DNA of 64,000 bases from Candidatus Cloacimonadota bacterium (GTDB lineage: Bacteria > Cloacimonadota > Cloacimonadia > JGIOTU-2), in contig JBNGBT010000011.1 in assembly GCA_049903315.1 (NCBI GenBank), positions 30,914-94,913 of the forward strand, given 5' to 3'. Under the pieces are notes generated by a model. The model was not told the origin of the DNA. It was given only the letters and a program-made list of their open reading frames with translations, and did no database searches. The translations under genes and the position numbers were made by a program. This document shows positions 33,129-43,780 of the stretch, piece by piece (position 1 is the stretch's first letter; each line of letters begins with the position of its first letter).

Positions 33129-35789
33129 TTATTCAAGAAAGGAAATATTTGCTTTGAGCTTTTCTATCGTATTTTCGAGCTGCTCTTTTCTTTCCTTTTC
33201 CTGCTCAATAATATCAGAAGGTGCATTATCTACAAAATTCTTATTATTCAATTTACCAACGCATTTTATCAGACTATTCTCAACTTTGGACAACTTCTTC
33301 AGAAGCCGTTCACGTTCCTTATCAACATCGATGATGCCTTCAAGGGGCATGTAAATCTCAATATCATCAACAACAGTTGTTGTGGATTTTTCTGGCTTTA
33401 CCGCATCATCGCCAATATATATCTCATCGACCTTTGCCATGACCTTGATATAATGCCGATTGTCCTGTAATACTGCGCATCGGGCAGGAAGAACGTCCTT
33501 TATGACAATTCCAACATACTCTGATGGTGAAACATTCATATCTTTTCGAATACTTCGAATTGCGGTTATAATCTTGAAGATGAGTTGCATTTGCTCAGCT
33601 TCTTCAGGATAATTATCCATATCATCTGCGATCGGAAAATCAGAAAGCAAGATCGATTCTGCTTTTTCAGAGGGATAGAATTCTTTGATCCGCTGCCAGA
33701 TCTCTTCCGTTATAAATGGCATGATTGGATGGAGCATCTTCAAAGATTCATTGAGAACTTTCAACATAAGATATTTTGCCATTCTTCTGGAGGCAAGATC
33801 TTCAGAATGATAAAATCTATCCTTGATGATTTCAAGATACCATGCACAATATTCATTCCAGAAGAATTCATATAACTGATGAGTTACATCGAGAAAACGA
33901 TATTCATCATATGCAGCTTTAACATTATTTTTGACTTCGTTCAATCTGTGAAGTATCCACTTATCTGTCAGCTCTGTCGGTTCTTCAGAATCTTCGGGCA
34001 ATCCATCGATTTCATCTGCATTAGTTAAGGCAAATCTAGCTGCATTCCAGATTTTGTTTGCAAAGTTTCTACCGGTCTCAATTAGGGAATCAGTATATAT
34101 TACATCATTTCCTTTGGGCGTATTAAAGACCATGCTGAACCTGAGCGCATCGGTCCCATATTTTTCCATAATATCAATAGGATCTGGAGAATTTCCAAGC
34201 GATTTACTCATCTTGACCGCATTCTCATCAAGAACAAGCCCATGCAGATACACAGATTTGAAAGGAATCTCATCCATCATTTCCATGCCGCCCATGATCA
34301 TACGCGCAACCCAGAAAAAGAGAATATCATATGCGGTAACAAGGAGATCAGTAGGATAGAAATATTCAAGTTCAGGTGTTTTCTCGGGCCAACCAAGTGA
34401 CGAAAAGGGCCATAACCATGATGAGAACCAGGTATCAAGAACATCTGGATCCTGATGAATATGTGTACTTTGGCATTTTGGACATGCTGCAGGTTTTTCT
34501 TTTGCAACTATTATCTCACCGCAGTCATCACAATAATAAACAGGAATCCTGTGCCCCCACCAGATCTGGCGCGAAATACACCAATCCCGAATATTTTCCA
34601 GCCAGTTAAAAAAGACCTTTTTATATCGTGGTGGATGAATTGCTATCTTGCCTTCTTCAACGACTTTCATCGCTTTTTCCGCAAGTGGTTTCATTTTAAC
34701 GAACCACTGATTTGATAGATACGGCTCGATAACTGTATGGCATCTGTAACAATGCCCGACATTATGTTGATAATCATCAATCTTATCGAGTAGTTTTCTT
34801 TCTTTAAGGTCCATAAGAACCATTTCTCTGCATTTGAATCTATCCATACCAGCATAATCAGCACCGGCATTCTCATTCATGATGCCATTCTCATTGATAA
34901 CAGTGATCTTCGGGAGATCATGACGCATAGCTATATCGAAGTCATTAGGATCATGGGAAGGAGTAACCTTAACGCAGCCCGTTCCGAACTCTTTATCAAC
35001 AAAATCATCGGCAATTATTGGAATTTCTCTATTTACAAGTGGAAGTATCAATGTTTGACCAATGAGTTCAAGAAAGCGTGGATCTTTAGGATTGACCGCA
35101 ACTGCTGTATCTCCGAGCATGGTTTCAGGACGGGTCGTTGCAACTGTAATAAACTCGTGCTTACTACCCTTGATGGGATATTTGATATACCAAAGGTGAG
35201 ATGCCTTATCTTCGTGCTCTACTTCGTCATCAGACAAAGCAGTATTGCAGCGTGGACACCAGTTTATAATATATTTCCCCCGATAAATGAGACCTTTTTC
35301 ATACAGGGAGATAAACGCTTCATTAACCGCATTTGAGAGACCTTCATCCATAGTGAAACGTTCACGATCCCAGTCGCAGCTTGCACCAAGGCGTTTGAGC
35401 TGATCGAGTATGCGACCACCTTTTGTTTTCCGCCATTCCCATATAAGTTCTATCAGTTTCTCACGCCCAAAATCGTGGCGGTTTTTGCCCTGCTTTTCAA
35501 GATCGCGTTCAACAACATTTTGGGTTGCGATACCTGCATGATCTGTTCCCGGCAGCCAGAGGGTTTCAAAACCCTGCAATTTTTTGAAACGGATCATAAT
35601 ATCCTGAAGTGTATTATTAAGCACATGACCCATATGGAGAATATCTGTAACATTTGGAGGTGGGATCACAATAGTATAGGGCTTTTTCTGAGGATCTACC
35701 TCAGCGTGAAAAAGCTCCTTTTCAAGCCAGAATTGGTACCACTTTTTCTCAATCAAATGAGGATCATATACTTTTTCCATTTCTTTCAT
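33129..35789 (-). CDS. valS: Valyl-tRNA synthetase
   Basis: PPPNVT..LHMGH, DWCISRQ, KMSKS, C-terminal coiled coil. Confidence 0.98.
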   Translation of the reverse strand: MKEMEKVYDPHLIEKKWYQFWLEKELFHAEVDPQKKPYTIVIPPPNVTDILHMGHVLNNTLQDIMIRFKKLQGFETLWLPGTDHAGIATQNVVERDLEKQGKNRHDFGREKLIELIWEWRKTKGGRILDQLKRLGASCDWDRERFTMDEGLSNAVNEAFISLYEKGLIYRGKYIINWCPRCNTALSDDEVEHEDKASHLWYIKYPIKGSKHEFITVATTRPETMLGDTAVAVNPKDPRFLELIGQTLILPLVNREIPIIADDFVDKEFGTGCVKVTPSHDPNDFDIAMRHDLPKITVINENGIMNENAGADYAGMDRFKCREMVLMDLKERKLLDKIDDYQHNVGHCYRCHTVIEPYLSNQWFVKMKPLAEKAMKVVEEGKIAIHPPRYKKVFFNWLENIRDWCISRQIWWGHRIPVYYCDDCGEIIVAKEKPAACPKCQSTHIHQDPDVLDTWFSSWLWPFSSLGWPEKTPELEYFYPTDLLVTAYDILFFWVARMIMGGMEMMDEIPFKSVYLHGLVLDENAVKMSKSLGNSPDPIDIMEKYGTDALRFSMVFNTPKGNDVIYTDSLIETGRNFANKIWNAARFALTNADEIDGLPEDSEEPTELTDKWILHRLNEVKNNVKAAYDEYRFLDVTHQLYEFFWNEYCAWYLEIIKDRFYHSEDLASRRMAKYLMLKVLNESLKMLHPIMPFITEEIWQRIKEFYPSEKAESILLSDFPIADDMDNYPEEAEQMQLIFKIITAIRSIRKDMNVSPSEYVGIVIKDVLPARCAVLQDNRHYIKVMAKVDEIYIGDDAVKPEKSTTTVVDDIEIYMPLEGIIDVDKERERLLKKLSKVENSLIKCVGKLNNKNFVDNAPSDIIEQEKERKEQLENTIEKLKANISFLE

Positions 35790-35897
35790 GGTTGCTCCTT
35801 TGACATTCAGCGATGAAAATCGGTTAGAAGCCCGATTTTTAACAGCGCTTTATGCTGTCAAGTTTTGTTCATTGTGTCACATACTTCTTATTTATAT

Positions 35898-35922
35898 AAA
35901 AAAAAGAGCAGTTAACTGCTCT
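35898..35922 (-). terminator. Intrinsic terminator after sigma factor gene
   Basis: Palindrome AGAGCAGTTAACTGCTCT followed by a T-run on the minus strand. Confidence 0.75.
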
Positions 35923-35951
35923 CTGCAAGGAATCATAAACTCAAAGGAGTA

Positions 35952-36836
35952 TTAAATCCCTAACAGGTAATCTATATCTACCTCGTCGACTGTTTCTTTA
36001 CGTAGCTCTTCCAAAATTTGTTTGAATATCTGGCGTACCCGCTCGCGTGACAATCCGAGATCTCGTGCGATCTGTGCAAAGTTTTTTCCTTTATCGTCCT
36101 CACCAAAGCCGAAATATTCCTGTATTATTCTCGCATCTCTCGGGTTCAGGGCTTTTATTTTTTTGTTGATCTTATCATGTAGCTTTTTTCTGTAATAAAT
36201 CTTTTTAGGATCGCTTACATCTTCGTGGTAAGAGGGGGCAGTTACTTTTTTTGCTGCCATTCGTGAGAGTGCATCAGATTCTCCATACATATTTTCAAGA
36301 GGAACAATATCAGTAGTCGTGTTCATCAATTCCTGAGCTTTTTCCTCTTTAACATCGACTTCCTGTGCAATTTCTTGTGCAGTCGCTTCTTCACCACTTC
36401 TCGCACGATGTTTTCTTCTTGCATCCTCGATCTTGCTTATGGTCGTAATGGTTTTTGCCGGAATTCGTATAAGACGGTTCTTCTCATAAATTGCATACTG
36501 AATTGACTGCTGAATCCACCACACTGCATAGGTGATAAGTTTCGTTTCTCTGCTTAGCTCAAACCGCTTAATGGCTTTGATCAATCCAAGATTTCCTTCA
36601 CTGATAAGCTCGGACAAGCTCAAGCCTTTCCCCTGGAATTTGCTTGCTACTTTGACTACAAATTTGAGATTACTTTCGATGAGTTTGTTCATTGCAGTCT
36701 GATCCCCGGACTGAGCTTTAGTGACTAGCTCGCGCTCTTCTTCACGGCTCAGTGTGGGAAAATCTGCTATATCAGAAAGATATTTTTGCAGTCCCCTATC
36801 CTCTGCAGGATTCATTGGTATAATTTTTGCTGCCAA
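35952..36836 (-). CDS. Sigma-70 family factor (RpoD/SigA-like, lacks region 1.1)
   Basis: SNLKFVVKVA, EGNLGLIKA, TYAVWWI, LSRERVRQI. Confidence 0.92.
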   Translation of the reverse strand: MAAKIIPMNPAEDRGLQKYLSDIADFPTLSREEERELVTKAQSGDQTAMNKLIESNLKFVVKVASKFQGKGLSLSELISEGNLGLIKAIKRFELSRETKLITYAVWWIQQSIQYAIYEKNRLIRIPAKTITTISKIEDARRKHRARSGEEATAQEIAQEVDVKEEKAQELMNTTTDIVPLENMYGESDALSRMAAKKVTAPSYHEDVSDPKKIYYRKKLHDKINKKIKALNPRDARIIQEYFGFGEDDKGKNFAQIARDLGLSRERVRQIFKQILEELRKETVDEVDIDYLLGI

Positions 36837-36911
36837 AAGTTTCTTTAATTTAGTTTTAAGTTATTACCAATTAACGTCTTTTTTCCTAATCCCTAATTTC
36901 AAGAAATATAT

Positions 36912-38372
36912 TTACTGAACCTTAATCGCGACATAATGATAGAACTGAGGAGGAGTTACTACATAGAGGAGCACCGAATCAATTTTATCATTCCTCATTT
37001 TTTCTACTGCTTTGCTATACTCCTTTGTGCTCTCTATTTCCTCATCTCCGAGTTCGAGAATAACATCACCAACATTGAGATTGGAATCATGGGCGGGAGA
37101 ATCAATGTCAATCTTAGAAACTATCACACCTTTGTCAATTTTCAAATTGAACTGTTTGGCAAAATCTGAGTCCAAGTTCTTCACTTCAATGCCAAGTCAT
37201 GATTTTTCATCCTCAACATTTTGCGGCTTGGAAGCAATGGCAGAATCAGGAAAAGCTTCTAACGTCGCAGTTTTTGTAAGTTCTTTTCCATCACGTATGA
37301 TCTTCATCGAGATCTTATCGCCAACTTGTTTGTTCGCTACCATTAATCTGAATTTATTTAAATTTTTTACCGGCTCGCCATCAAATTCAATGATAACATC
37401 ACGTTTCTTTAATCCGGCTTTTTCAGCGGGTGTTTCATTCTCAACCTTGCCGATGAGTACACCCTCAAGATTCGGCAGATCAAGGCTTTTCTGAAGGGTG
37501 GGAGTTATTTCCTGCGGTAAAATTCCAAGATAAGCTCTCTCAACAAATCCTTTATCAATAAGATCATCAATAAGCATTTTCACGATATTTATAGGAATTG
37601 CAAAGCCAATGCCAATGTTTCCACCATTTACAGATGAGATTGCAGCATTGATTCCTATTACATTGCCCTTGATATCCACAAGCGGGCCCCCACTATTTCC
37701 CGGATTGATCGCTGCATCGGTCTGGATATAATCCTGGTACACGGGAGAATCGGCACCAAAATTAAGATTGGCACGTCCCTTTGCACTCACTACACCGGTC
37801 GTTACTGTTCCTCGAAGATTTTCTGAAAATGGATTGCCAATTGCAATGACCCAGTCCCCAACCTCTATCCAATCCGAGTCACCTAGAGGAGCTGTAGAAA
37901 TATCAGCATCTTTATCTACGACAATTTTTATTACCGCAATATCTGTTTTATCATCCAAACCAACTACTTCCGCATCATAACGCCTTTGATCGCTCAGTGT
38001 GACGGTTATCTTGGAGTCTTCGCTCTTTCCTACAACGTGGTTATTGGTAAGAATATAGACATCATTGCCCTCTTTTCTGAAAATGAAACCAGAACCGTAT
38101 CCAACTGTGCGTCTATTATTATCAGGTTGAGGAAAGAAAAATTTAAAGAAATCATCATTAAAAGGAAAAGGGGATGAGAACTGCTTGTAGTTGCTTTGAG
38201 TTTCCCATTCAACCTTAATGTTCACGACTGTGCCGGCAATGTCCTTAACAATTTTAACAAAAGGACTATGCCCATCATCATCAACAAGGGGGATGGATGC
38301 AAATGCGGTTGTTGAAAAACAAATTACCAGTAAAAGAATGATCAGTGTATATTTCACTCTCTGGTGGAACAT
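36912..38372 (-). CDS. htrA: HtrA/DegP serine protease interrupted by an in-frame TGA (37197-37199) before PDZ2
   Basis: TNNHVV, DIAV, NPGNSGG, PDZ1. The two ORF-track pieces are in one frame: ...EKS*LGIEVKNL... Confidence 0.9.
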
Positions 38373-38392
38373 CTTCGTAACCTCCGTTTTAG

Positions 38393-38581
38393 TTATGCTT
38401 TTTTTATCTTCCCACTCTTAATACAGCTCGTGCATACAGTCATTTTTTTGACTGTTCCATCGACTTCAACCGAAATCTTCTGAAGATTCGGATCCCATCG
38501 ACGATTTGTACGCCTATCTGACTTACTTCTATTATGTCCAAACATTGGGCCTTTTCCGCATATTTCACATTTCTTTGACAT
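38393..38581 (-). CDS. rpmB: 50S ribosomal protein L28
   Basis: [29 protein letters not shown]. Confidence 0.95.
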   Translation of the reverse strand: MSKKCEICGKGPMFGHNRSKSDRRTNRRWDPNLQKISVEVDGTVKKMTVCTSCIKSGKIKKA

Positions 38582-38700
38582 AAAAACCTCTTATAAGTTT
38601 AATTCGTTTTAGTTTTAGATGACATTTTTCTGAGACCATAAATTTTGAAGCAAGTTTTTTATATCTTGCTTCTTATACAAAATAGGGTTAGGATTTATTC

Positions 38701-39990
38701 ATGGCAAGAAAAAAAGCATTATTTTATATAGAAACACTCGGATGTCCCAAAAATCTAGTGGATAGTGAAGTGATTACATCGAATATTCTGGACTCAGGAT
38801 GTGAGCTGACACTTGATCCACAAAATGCTGAAATTCTGGTTGTGAACACTTGTGGCTTCATTCAACCAGCAAAAGAAGAATCAATCGATGTGATATTCGA
38901 TTTTGTACGTCTCAAAAAAGAGGCGAAATGCAAGAAACTGATCGTTGTTGGCTGTCTCGTTCAAAGGTATAAAGATGAATTAGAAGAATCAATTCCTGAG
39001 GTCGATCTCTTTCTTGGCTTGGATGAAATTTCCGAGATCAACCACATTCTTCATTCGGAGAATCCATTTGAAGATAAACGCTTCATCCTTACCCCGAAAC
39101 ATTATGCCTATCTCCGGATAAGCGACGGCTGTGAGAATTTCTGCTCTTATTGCACAATACCCTTTATTCGAGGACCAATCCGCAGTAAGCCGCTTGAAGA
39201 GATCCTGAATGAAGCAAAGCAATTGGTTGAACAGGGAGTAAAAGAAATCATTATTATCGCTCAGGATGTTGGAAATTACGGCGTGGATATTTATGGAGAA
39301 AGCCGATTAAATGAACTACTTTTAGCTCTGGATAAAATCGAAAATCTCACATGGCTGCGCATATTATATTTGAATCCTCAACATATCACAAAAGAGCTAC
39401 TATTAATTATAAAAAACAGTAAGCGTTTCTGCAAATATCTCGATATTCCACTTCAGCATATCAGCGAAAACATTCTTAAGAACATGAACCGAAAGACATC
39501 CCAAAAGAATATTATCCAAACTCTCGATATGATACATGATCTTGTTCCTGAACTTTGTATCAGGACGACTTTTATTGTAGGTTTTCCGGGTGAAACAGAA
39601 CAGGATTTTGAAGAACTACTTAAATTTGTACAAACCCAGAAATTTGATCGACTTGGAGCATTCACATACTATCAGGAAGAGGGAACAAACGCTGCTTCTT
39701 TGCCGGATCAGATTCCCGAACATATAAAGCAAAAAAGGTATGAAAAATTAATGGAAGCCCAGAAAGTAATATCGCAGGACAGCCTTGAACGTTATATCGG
39801 CAAGAAGTTGTCCGTTATTGTTGACAAGAAAATCAAACCTAAAATCTATGAGTGCCGTTCCGAATTCGATGCACCGGATATTGATGGCATTGTTTTTCTT
39901 GAAGAAGCTGAAGCGAATGTCGGTGATATAATAGAAGTAGAAATTGTGGATAGTCTCGAATACGATCTCATCGCACATCCGGTCAAATAA
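38701..39990 (+). CDS. rimO: Ribosomal protein S12 methylthiotransferase
   Basis: LGCPKNLVDSE, NTCGFI, CENFCSYC, DAPDIDG. Confidence 0.95.
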   Translation: MARKKALFYIETLGCPKNLVDSEVITSNILDSGCELTLDPQNAEILVVNTCGFIQPAKEESIDVIFDFVRLKKEAKCKKLIVVGCLVQRYKDELEESIPEVDLFLGLDEISEINHILHSENPFEDKRFILTPKHYAYLRISDGCENFCSYCTIPFIRGPIRSKPLEEILNEAKQLVEQGVKEIIIIAQDVGNYGVDIYGESRLNELLLALDKIENLTWLRILYLNPQHITKELLLIIKNSKRFCKYLDIPLQHISENILKNMNRKTSQKNIIQTLDMIHDLVPELCIRTTFIVGFPGETEQDFEELLKFVQTQKFDRLGAFTYYQEEGTNAASLPDQIPEHIKQKRYEKLMEAQKVISQDSLERYIGKKLSVIVDKKIKPKIYECRSEFDAPDIDGIVFLEEAEANVGDIIEVEIVDSLEYDLIAHPVK

Positions 39991-40013
39991 GTAGATGAAT
40001 AAGGAGTAACAGC

Positions 40014-41006
40014 ATGAGAAAAAGAATATTCAGCGGCATACAGCCCAGCGGAAAATTGCATATTGGAAATTATCTTGGTGCGATCAAGAATTGGATCGGT
40101 CTTCAGGATGAGTACGACTGCATTTGGGGTATCGTTGATTTCCATTCTATGACCATTCCCTACGATCCCGAGGGAATGGAAGGGCGCGTGATAGATTGCG
40201 CTGCGACCTATCTTGCTGCAGGTCTCGATCCCAAAAAATGTGTGCTCATGATCCAGTCAAAAGTTAAAGAGCATACTGAGCTGACATGGATTTTGAATAC
40301 AGTTACTCCCGTTTCATGGCTTGAAAGAGTTCCTACTTTCAAAGATAAATCCAAACGCTTCAAAGATAACATAAATATGGGTTTGATGGACTATCCTGTG
40401 CTCATGGCTGCGGATATTATTTTATATAAAGCTGTAGCAGTGCCAGTCGGCGAAGATCAGCTTCCCCACCTTGAACTGACCAGGGAAATTGTTCGCCGGT
40501 TCAACAGCACTTTTGGTGAAGTATTCCCTGAACCCAAAGCAATTATTCGCCAGGGAGCTCTTATCAGAGGTTTGGATGGACAGTCAAAGATGAGCAAATC
40601 GCTCGATAATTGCCTGTATATTGACGACACTCCTGAAGATATCTGGAAAAAGCTGTCTGTTGCAGTTACCGATCCTCAACGAGTCCGCAAGACAGATCCG
40701 GGTGATCCTGAAGTGTGCAATATTTTCTCTCTGCATCAGCTCTTTTCTACGGATGAGCAAATTGCCTATTGTGCACAAGGATGCAAAACAGCAGGAATCG
40801 GTTGCATTCAATGCAAGAAGATCCTCTCTGAAAATATTGCTCAGGAACTGACACCAATCCGAGAGAACAAGCGCAAGCTTCTCAATAATATGAGTTATAT
40901 AAAGGATGTTCTCAATGAAGGTATTGCCCATAGTCAGAAGATCGCATCCAAAACGATAGAAGAAGTCTACGAAAAGATCGGAACGAACTATAAATTCATG
41001 AAATAA
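40014..41006 (+). CDS. trpS: Tryptophanyl-tRNA synthetase
   Basis: SGIQPSG, HIGN, YPVLMAADI, KMSKS. Confidence 0.98.
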   Translation: MRKRIFSGIQPSGKLHIGNYLGAIKNWIGLQDEYDCIWGIVDFHSMTIPYDPEGMEGRVIDCAATYLAAGLDPKKCVLMIQSKVKEHTELTWILNTVTPVSWLERVPTFKDKSKRFKDNINMGLMDYPVLMAADIILYKAVAVPVGEDQLPHLELTREIVRRFNSTFGEVFPEPKAIIRQGALIRGLDGQSKMSKSLDNCLYIDDTPEDIWKKLSVAVTDPQRVRKTDPGDPEVCNIFSLHQLFSTDEQIAYCAQGCKTAGIGCIQCKKILSENIAQELTPIRENKRKLLNNMSYIKDVLNEGIAHSQKIASKTIEEVYEKIGTNYKFMK

Positions 41007-41196
41007 AGCACATGAGCAGCGGCAATTTCATGTCACTTTACCTCATGTTGGAAAAATGAACATTGTTTTACTTTTGATGATAAAACAGAGATATAATCTC
41101 CTCTTGACATCCTCTCAAATTTCTTTAAATAATTTGACAGTAAAATGCCAGCTATTGCTTTTATGTTCCATTAAAAAATGACTTAGGTTGAATTTT

Positions 41197-41571
41197 ATGT
41201 ACACGATATTACTTATAATACATGTGATCGTTTGTATTGCTTTGGTTATCTCGGTTCTTTTGCAGTCCAGTAAAGGCGGAGGACTTGGCGGCACATTTGG
41301 TGGCGGTGGCGGAGATACGCTTTTTGGTGGACAAACCGCTTCCAACTTCCTTAAAAAAACCACCCGTGTCCTTGCAGTTTCATTTATGGTGCTTACCATT
41401 CTGCTCGCACTGACCCTCAAGCCGACCAAATTGCAAAAAGAAGCCGGACAGGTATCTGAGGAACTTCAAAAAGAAATTGATGAAAATGACCAGACTCCCC
41501 AGGAAGTACCTGCTACATTACCTGAAGGTTTCGAGGTAATACCGGAAGAAACCGGCACTCAAGACCAATAA
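41197..41571 (+). CDS. secG: Preprotein translocase subunit SecG
   Basis: VLLQSSKGGGLGG..FG..FLKKTT; ATG 41197 preferred as start. Confidence 0.95.
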   Translation: MYTILLIIHVIVCIALVISVLLQSSKGGGLGGTFGGGGGDTLFGGQTASNFLKKTTRVLAVSFMVLTILLALTLKPTKLQKEAGQVSEELQKEIDENDQTPQEVPATLPEGFEVIPEETGTQDQ

Positions 41572-41581
41572 TTTTTCTCGT

Positions 41582-41668
41582 GCAGAAGTGGCGGAACTGG
41601 CAGACGCGCAAGACTAAGGATCTTGTGTCCGTAAGGATGTAGGGGTTCGAGTCCCCTCTTCTGCACCA
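41582..41668 (+). tRNA. tRNA-Leu with anticodon AAG
   Basis: GCAGAAG/CTTCTGC, CAAGA-CTAAGGA-TCTTG (AAG at 41616-41618), long variable arm, A73, CCA. Confidence 0.93.
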
Positions 41669-41690
41669 ATCATATTTTATACCATCTTCT

Positions 41691-41764
41691 GCGCCCGTAG
41701 CTCAACTGGATAGAGCACCTGACTACGGATCAGACGGTTCCCTGTTCGAATCGGGGCGGGCGCG
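41691..41764 (+). tRNA. tRNA-Arg(ACG), CCA not encoded
   Basis: GCGCCCG/CGGGCGC, loop CTACGGA (ACG at 41725-41727), TTCGAAT. Confidence 0.95.
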
Positions 41765-41866
41765 CTTTTTTTATGCTCTCAGCTCAATTAAATATTTCAT
41801 CATTTTCTTGACGTTTCAGTTTTATAAAAACCTTAAATACATAAAATAATAATCAGGAGATTATAT

Positions 41867-42505
41867 ATGAAAAATATAATATTAGTATTCACTTTACTGA
41901 GTTTTGTGTTTATTTTGTCCTGCTCATCGAGTACAGGTACAGACACAACACCCCCGGCTATCACAATAACACAACCGCAGAATAACGAAACGATCAATGA
42001 TTCTATTTATACTATCCAGGTGGATGCCACAGATAATAAAAGCATTGTTTCAATTAAAATTTACATTGACTCCATTTTAGTAGCCAACAGCACCAGCAAA
42101 GATAATTGTAATTACGATTGGCATACCTACTGGTGGACAGAATCTGCTGCGCATACAATCAAAGTAGAGGTACTGGACAGTAATGATAATACCGCTACAA
42201 AATCCATTGATGTCACTCTTTCTGAACAGGCATATGTTGTTCCAAAACTGCTGACACCTGCAGATAATTCCACACTGCAAAATCCACTTAATTTCTCATG
42301 GACTGCACTGCCACAAGCTGAACAATATGAAATCCATATCACAATTAATGACACTCCATTTATAAATACCTCAACAACCACAACGTATTCTAATTCATTC
42401 CTGATCTACGGACCTGCAACCTGGCAAGTGAAAGCTGAAAACGCTCTTGGACAGGAATCAAAATTAAGCGAAATATATCACTTCACTTTAACAGAAACAA
42501 AATAA
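41867..42505 (+). CDS. Lipoprotein with Ig-like and FN3-like domains
   Basis: LSC lipobox, DTTPPAITITQP..ATDN. Confidence 0.75.
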   Translation: MKNIILVFTLLSFVFILSCSSSTGTDTTPPAITITQPQNNETINDSIYTIQVDATDNKSIVSIKIYIDSILVANSTSKDNCNYDWHTYWWTESAAHTIKVEVLDSNDNTATKSIDVTLSEQAYVVPKLLTPADNSTLQNPLNFSWTALPQAEQYEIHITINDTPFINTSTTTTYSNSFLIYGPATWQVKAENALGQESKLSEIYHFTLTETK

Positions 42506-42640
42506 TAGGTAAATTTTCTTTATCATCTTTTCCAATTCCTCTATCTAAAAGGAGAGAATTCATACCTGAATATTTGTTATTTTAGTAGTTGACAACCAAA
42601 TACACACCAAGCGACTTCGACCAAAATTTTCGGAGGTACA

Positions 42641-43636
42641 ATGAAATTTTTATTTTGGCTTGTTGTGATATCCGTACTGATTACCGGATGCGTCACAAAC
42701 AATAATGACAAAAAAGAGGACTGGAAGGAAGTGACATCAGGCGTAGCCGCAGAATTGAACGGCGTAGATTTTATAAATGAGAATGAGGGTTGGATTGCAG
42801 GCATCGGTGTCATGCTTCATACAACTGACGGCGGCACAACCTGGGAAGAGCAAACTGTTCCTACACGCGCAAACCTTAGTGATGTTTACTTTCTTGATGC
42901 CAATAAAGGCTGGGCTTGCGGTGGCGAAGAAATCTTTAAAACGACTGACGGTGGAGACACTTGGGTATTGAACGAATCTCAAAATTCCAATACTCTTTTC
43001 CGATTAACCTTCACCGATACAGATCATGGGTACGCAGTTGGTATTTCTAATTGGCCAACACCTGTAGGCGGCTTGATACAACAGACCCTTGATGGCGGCG
43101 AGAACTGGGAATCGGAGTATTTCGTCGATCCCGAAGATACACTCAATGGACAACAGTATATTTATCAATTGAATGATGTAAGTTTTCCTTCATTGAGCAC
43201 AGGTTACATTGTGGGCGGAAGTGACTGGTTCTTGAAAACTACGGACAGCGGTGTCAATTGGCAAGATTGGTCTGATAACGCACCAGATAACTCTTGCCGT
43301 GGGATCTTCTTTATAAATAACAACATCGGCTGGACAGTAGGTTCCGCAGGGAGTATTCATAAAACAACAGATGGCGGATTGACCTGGACAAACCAGTACA
43401 ATCTCAACCACACCCTTTATAAAGTATATTTCATTGATGAAAATACTGGTTGGGCATGCGGTCTTGATGGGTATATTGTGCATACAAACGACGGTGGAGA
43501 CAACTGGGAAGTTCAGTATGATGAGAACATTGCAAGCGGTGGGACAACCTGGAAAGATATTTTCTTTGTGAATCAAAACCTAGGATTTGTTGTAGGTACA
43601 GATGGTAAAATTATGAGGTACATACCCGAGAATTAA
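42641..43636 (+). CDS. YCF48-like beta-propeller lipoprotein
   Basis: TGC lipobox, repeated GW...TTDGGxTW. Confidence 0.85.
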   Translation: MKFLFWLVVISVLITGCVTNNNDKKEDWKEVTSGVAAELNGVDFINENEGWIAGIGVMLHTTDGGTTWEEQTVPTRANLSDVYFLDANKGWACGGEEIFKTTDGGDTWVLNESQNSNTLFRLTFTDTDHGYAVGISNWPTPVGGLIQQTLDGGENWESEYFVDPEDTLNGQQYIYQLNDVSFPSLSTGYIVGGSDWFLKTTDSGVNWQDWSDNAPDNSCRGIFFINNNIGWTVGSAGSIHKTTDGGLTWTNQYNLNHTLYKVYFIDENTGWACGLDGYIVHTNDGGDNWEVQYDENIASGGTTWKDIFFVNQNLGFVVGTDGKIMRYIPEN

Positions 43637-43662
43637 CTTTTCCCATTTAAAATATTAGACTT

Positions 43663-43693
43663 AAAGCGAGAATGTGATTTCTCGCTTTTTTTT
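43663..43693 (+). terminator. Intrinsic terminator
   Basis: AAAGCGAGAA-TGTGAT-TTCTCGCTTT followed by a T-run. Confidence 0.8.
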
Positions 43694-43780
43694 ATTGACA
43701 GTAATTATTGATACTTAGTGAGTTCTTTAAAGTTCTATTTTCCAAATATTCATGAGGCATTAAAAAGGAAAATTTATAGT

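Noticed and set aside
37197..37199. Genome-wide UGA recoding or selenocysteine
   Set aside because: TGA terminates other genes (for example ptsH), TGG encodes Trp throughout, and the position is not a Cys site
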